Shown here piece after piece: positions 62,181 to 64,000 of a DNA stretch of 64,000 nt; the first letter of the stretch is position 1, and every line of letters begins with the position of its first letter. A program made the translations under genes and the position numbers. The DNA is from Ignavibacteriaceae bacterium (GTDB lineage Bacteria > Bacteroidota > Ignavibacteria > Ignavibacteriales > Ignavibacteriaceae). The notes beneath the pieces were generated by a model that was not told the origin of the DNA, did no database searches, and saw only the letters and a program-made list of their open reading frames with translations. The stretch covers positions 15,325 to 79,324 of the forward strand of contig DAIRET010000002.1 of the NCBI GenBank assembly GCA_036795455.1, in the 5' to 3' direction.

Positions 62181-63050
62181 TTAAAACTTTCCTACAAACG
62201 CAGCTTTAATCAAACCAAACACACGTCCCGCAAAAATACCCGCGTTATTTATTACAAGTTGAAACTTAAAACTCAATAATCCTCTTGCAGCCTGCACAAA
62301 TGGAACTGCAAACATTTCAGCCAGTTCATAAAACACTGCCGGTTTTCTTTTAACAACCAGCCATTTCCACACCAGTGCCCCTTTGCCTACCCCGTATCGA
62401 AATGCTTTTTTAAATCCTATACGGATAGATTCATTAAAAGGAGGAATGTGATAGACAATTAATTCCGGGAAAAACTCCATCTCTTTTTTTGAAAAAAAAG
62501 CTTGCCAGCAGAAGTCTGTTTCTTCACCGCTTCCCCAATATGAACCGACACCGAACTTCTCATCGAACCTGCCGAGTTCATCAAACGTTTTCGCTCGTAT
62601 TGCAAAATTTGAGCCCATCAAGTTTTTTGTGTTTTTGAAATGTTTCAGACTTCCGCCGATTTTGTGACGGTAACTATAGTAATCATTGTTATCTTCCCGG
62701 ACAATACTACCAGCGACTATTTCGAGCAAGGGATTATCTTTCAAAATCTTGAAGAATCTTTCCGTGTAATCATCACAAAAATAACCATCATCATCGCAGA
62801 AGAAGAGCCAGTCTGTGCCTGCTGGAATTTCAATTGAGTTTCTTGCAGCCGAAACAGAATTCTTCAAAACTCGTACATGTTTAAAAAGAGAATTGTCGGC
62901 AATATCCGCCGGCAGCTTTACCTCCACCTCATTTTGATCCAGAAGGAATACCGCCGAAGGAGCGGGTATTTGTTTCAGTGAAGCCCTTAAACTTCTTTCT
63001 ACAAGATAAAGCTGTCTTTTATATGTGTTTGTTACAACTATGTAATTCAT
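62181..63050 (-). CDS. GT2-family glycosyltransferase
   Basis: IVVTNTYKRQLYLVERSLRA and WLFFCDDDGYF. Confidence 0.75.
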   Translation of the reverse strand: MNYIVVTNTYKRQLYLVERSLRASLKQIPAPSAVFLLDQNEVEVKLPADIADNSLFKHVRVLKNSVSAARNSIEIPAGTDWLFFCDDDGYFCDDYTERFFKILKDNPLLEIVAGSIVREDNNDYYSYRHKIGGSLKHFKNTKNLMGSNFAIRAKTFDELGRFDEKFGVGSYWGSGEETDFCWQAFFSKKEMEFFPELIVYHIPPFNESIRIGFKKAFRYGVGKGALVWKWLVVKRKPAVFYELAEMFAVPFVQAARGLLSFKFQLVINNAGIFAGRVFGLIKAAFVGKF

Positions 63051-63162
63051 TCAATACCGGTAAAGTCGGATGATTTATTAAAGTTTTTTTTCCTTTGCTT
63101 AAATTTATTGTTTTTCTTCATAAAACCGTAATTTTGTACAACCAATTAACATTAAAAAGAGA

Positions 63163-63924
63163 ATGATAAAAATATCGTCCGTCGTTTTAGCGAAGAATGA
63201 AGAAGCAAACATTAGAAGGTGTATTGAAAGTCAATTAAACTGCATTGACGAAATAGTGATTTTAATTGATAATTCAACTACGGATAAAACCGAGGAAATT
63301 GTACGCAAATACGATAAAGTAAATTATGAGTTGGTTAAGTGGAACGGCTACGCTAAAACAAAAATGTACGGTGTATCAAAAACAACTAACCGCTGGATAT
63401 TCTGGATTGACGCCGATGAAGAAATTTCACCCGAACTATCGAATGAAATTTTAGAGCTAAAAAAATCTTCTCCGCAGTACCTTGCTTATTCGGTTGCCCG
63501 GAGAGCTTTTTTCCTCGGAAAATGGATAAAGCATTCAGGGTGGTATCCGGGTAGAGTAGTTAGATTATTCGACAAAGAAAAAGTAAAATTCAACGACAAA
63601 GAGGTGCACGAACACCTTGATTTTAATGGACGGGCGGGTAATCTCAAAAACGATTTAAATCACTACACCGACCCTTCGATAGAACATTACTACGAAAAAT
63701 TTAACCGTTATACATCGCTTGCTGCAAAAGATTTGCTCGGTAGAAATAAAAAATTCACTTTAACCGGATTACTATTCCGTCCATTTTTTCTCTTTGTCAA
63801 AATGTATATTTTTCGTCTCGGTTTTCTGGATGGGAAGCACGGATTAATTTTATCTGCGCTTTCGGCAAATTATGTTTTTACTAAATACGCAAAACTTTGG
63901 GAGTTATCCCGGAAGGAGTCTTAA
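63163..63924 (+). CDS. GT2-family glycosyltransferase (LPS-core WaaE/KdtX-like)
   Basis: SSVVLAKNEEANIRRCIESQLNCIDEIVILIDNSTTDKTEEI and WIFWIDADEEISPEL. Confidence 0.8.
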   Translation: MIKISSVVLAKNEEANIRRCIESQLNCIDEIVILIDNSTTDKTEEIVRKYDKVNYELVKWNGYAKTKMYGVSKTTNRWIFWIDADEEISPELSNEILELKKSSPQYLAYSVARRAFFLGKWIKHSGWYPGRVVRLFDKEKVKFNDKEVHEHLDFNGRAGNLKNDLNHYTDPSIEHYYEKFNRYTSLAAKDLLGRNKKFTLTGLLFRPFFLFVKMYIFRLGFLDGKHGLILSALSANYVFTKYAKLWELSRKES

Positions 63925-63925
63925 A

Positions 63926-64000
63926 TGTCAGAACAAATTACCCCCGAAATGTTATTTCTTCAGGTTGTGTTTCAAAATCAACAGCTTGCGTTAATGGGAA
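63926..64000 (+). CDS. start of an ORF running off the right edge (possibly DUF1844-like)
   Basis: The ATG lies 2 nt after the previous stop. I read MSEQITPEMLFLQVVFQNQQLALMG. Only 25 codons are visible, so the family assignment is a weak impression. Confidence 0.3.

Noticed and set aside
18541-62500. Numerous A8-A9 and T8-T9 homopolymer runs (for example 18651-18663, 25283-25291, 27914-27922, 62471-62489) as possible phase-variation switches
   Set aside because: Such runs are expected in very AT-rich DNA and all affected ORFs are intact here. Without population or read data there is no evidence of length variation.
58785-63924. Polysaccharide biosynthesis cluster (WbaP-like, GT4 and three GT2 genes on alternating strands) as a novel system
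   Set aside because: These are ordinary enzyme families in a typical, if strand-scrambled, exopolysaccharide/LPS locus. Nothing in the sequence stands out beyond the routine annotation.
1-64000. Search by eye for CRISPR arrays, rRNA or tRNA genes, IS elements and long direct repeats
   Set aside because: I found no regularly spaced direct repeats, no tRNA-like cloverleaf candidates in the few non-coding gaps, and no transposase- or integrase-like ORFs. A tRNAscan, Infernal or ISfinder run would be needed to be definitive.

Overview
AT-rich bacterial window. Positions 1-48475 form one co-directional minus-strand flagellar, motility and chemotaxis supercluster of about 62 genes with only four intergenic gaps over 100 nt. 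In transcription order (right to left) it reads as follows. First comes a sigma-28-type promoter, then HEAT-repeat gene-cheR-cheY-like-cheY-cheZ-like-cheA-cheB-small ORF. A sigma-54-type promoter follows, then flgB-flgC-[orphan ORF]-fliE-fliF-fliG-fliH-fliI-fliJ-ylxF-like-fliK (1135 aa)-flgD-[TIGR02530-like ORF]. Next are a structured leader and flgE, then a terminator. A second sigma-54-type promoter precedes fliL-fliM-fliN-fliO-fliP-fliQ-fliR-flhB-flhA-flhF-flhG. After a gap come a 79-aa membrane ORF and fliA, then two HDOD genes, a degenerate histidine-kinase-like gene and a membrane ORF. The cluster continues flgF-flgG-flgA-flgH-flgI-flgJ-flgN-flgK-flgL, then a second MotA/MotB pair, fliW-csrA, REC-Hpt, motA-motB, REC, REC-DHp, an orphan 217-aa ORF and a PAS ORF that runs off the left edge. 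The core order matches the Bacillus fla/che operon, but L/P-ring genes (flgH, flgI, flgA) show a diderm. I tentatively guess an Ignavibacteria-like FCB-group organism; this is inference only. No flagellin, fliD, fliS, flgM, cheW or MCP gene is visible. The right third (48.7-64 kb) is housekeeping and envelope: DsbD-N-like and thioredoxin-like proteins, transketolase, a Big-domain lipoprotein, a TrmH-family methyltransferase, DUF971, an Amidase_2-SH3 hydrolase, an orphan LuxR-type response regulator and a polysaccharide glycosyltransferase cluster. I saw no rRNA, tRNA, CRISPR array or transposase. The most interesting signals are the regulatory modules embedded in the flagellar cluster: relay parts with no kinase in the window around the stator genes, a His-less pseudo-kinase with tandem HDOD genes behind fliA, and an orphan ORF splitting flgC-fliE. 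Also notable are a giant FliK, dual stators, and a promoter grammar of sigma-54-type and sigma-28-type motifs that I read directly from the intergenic DNA.
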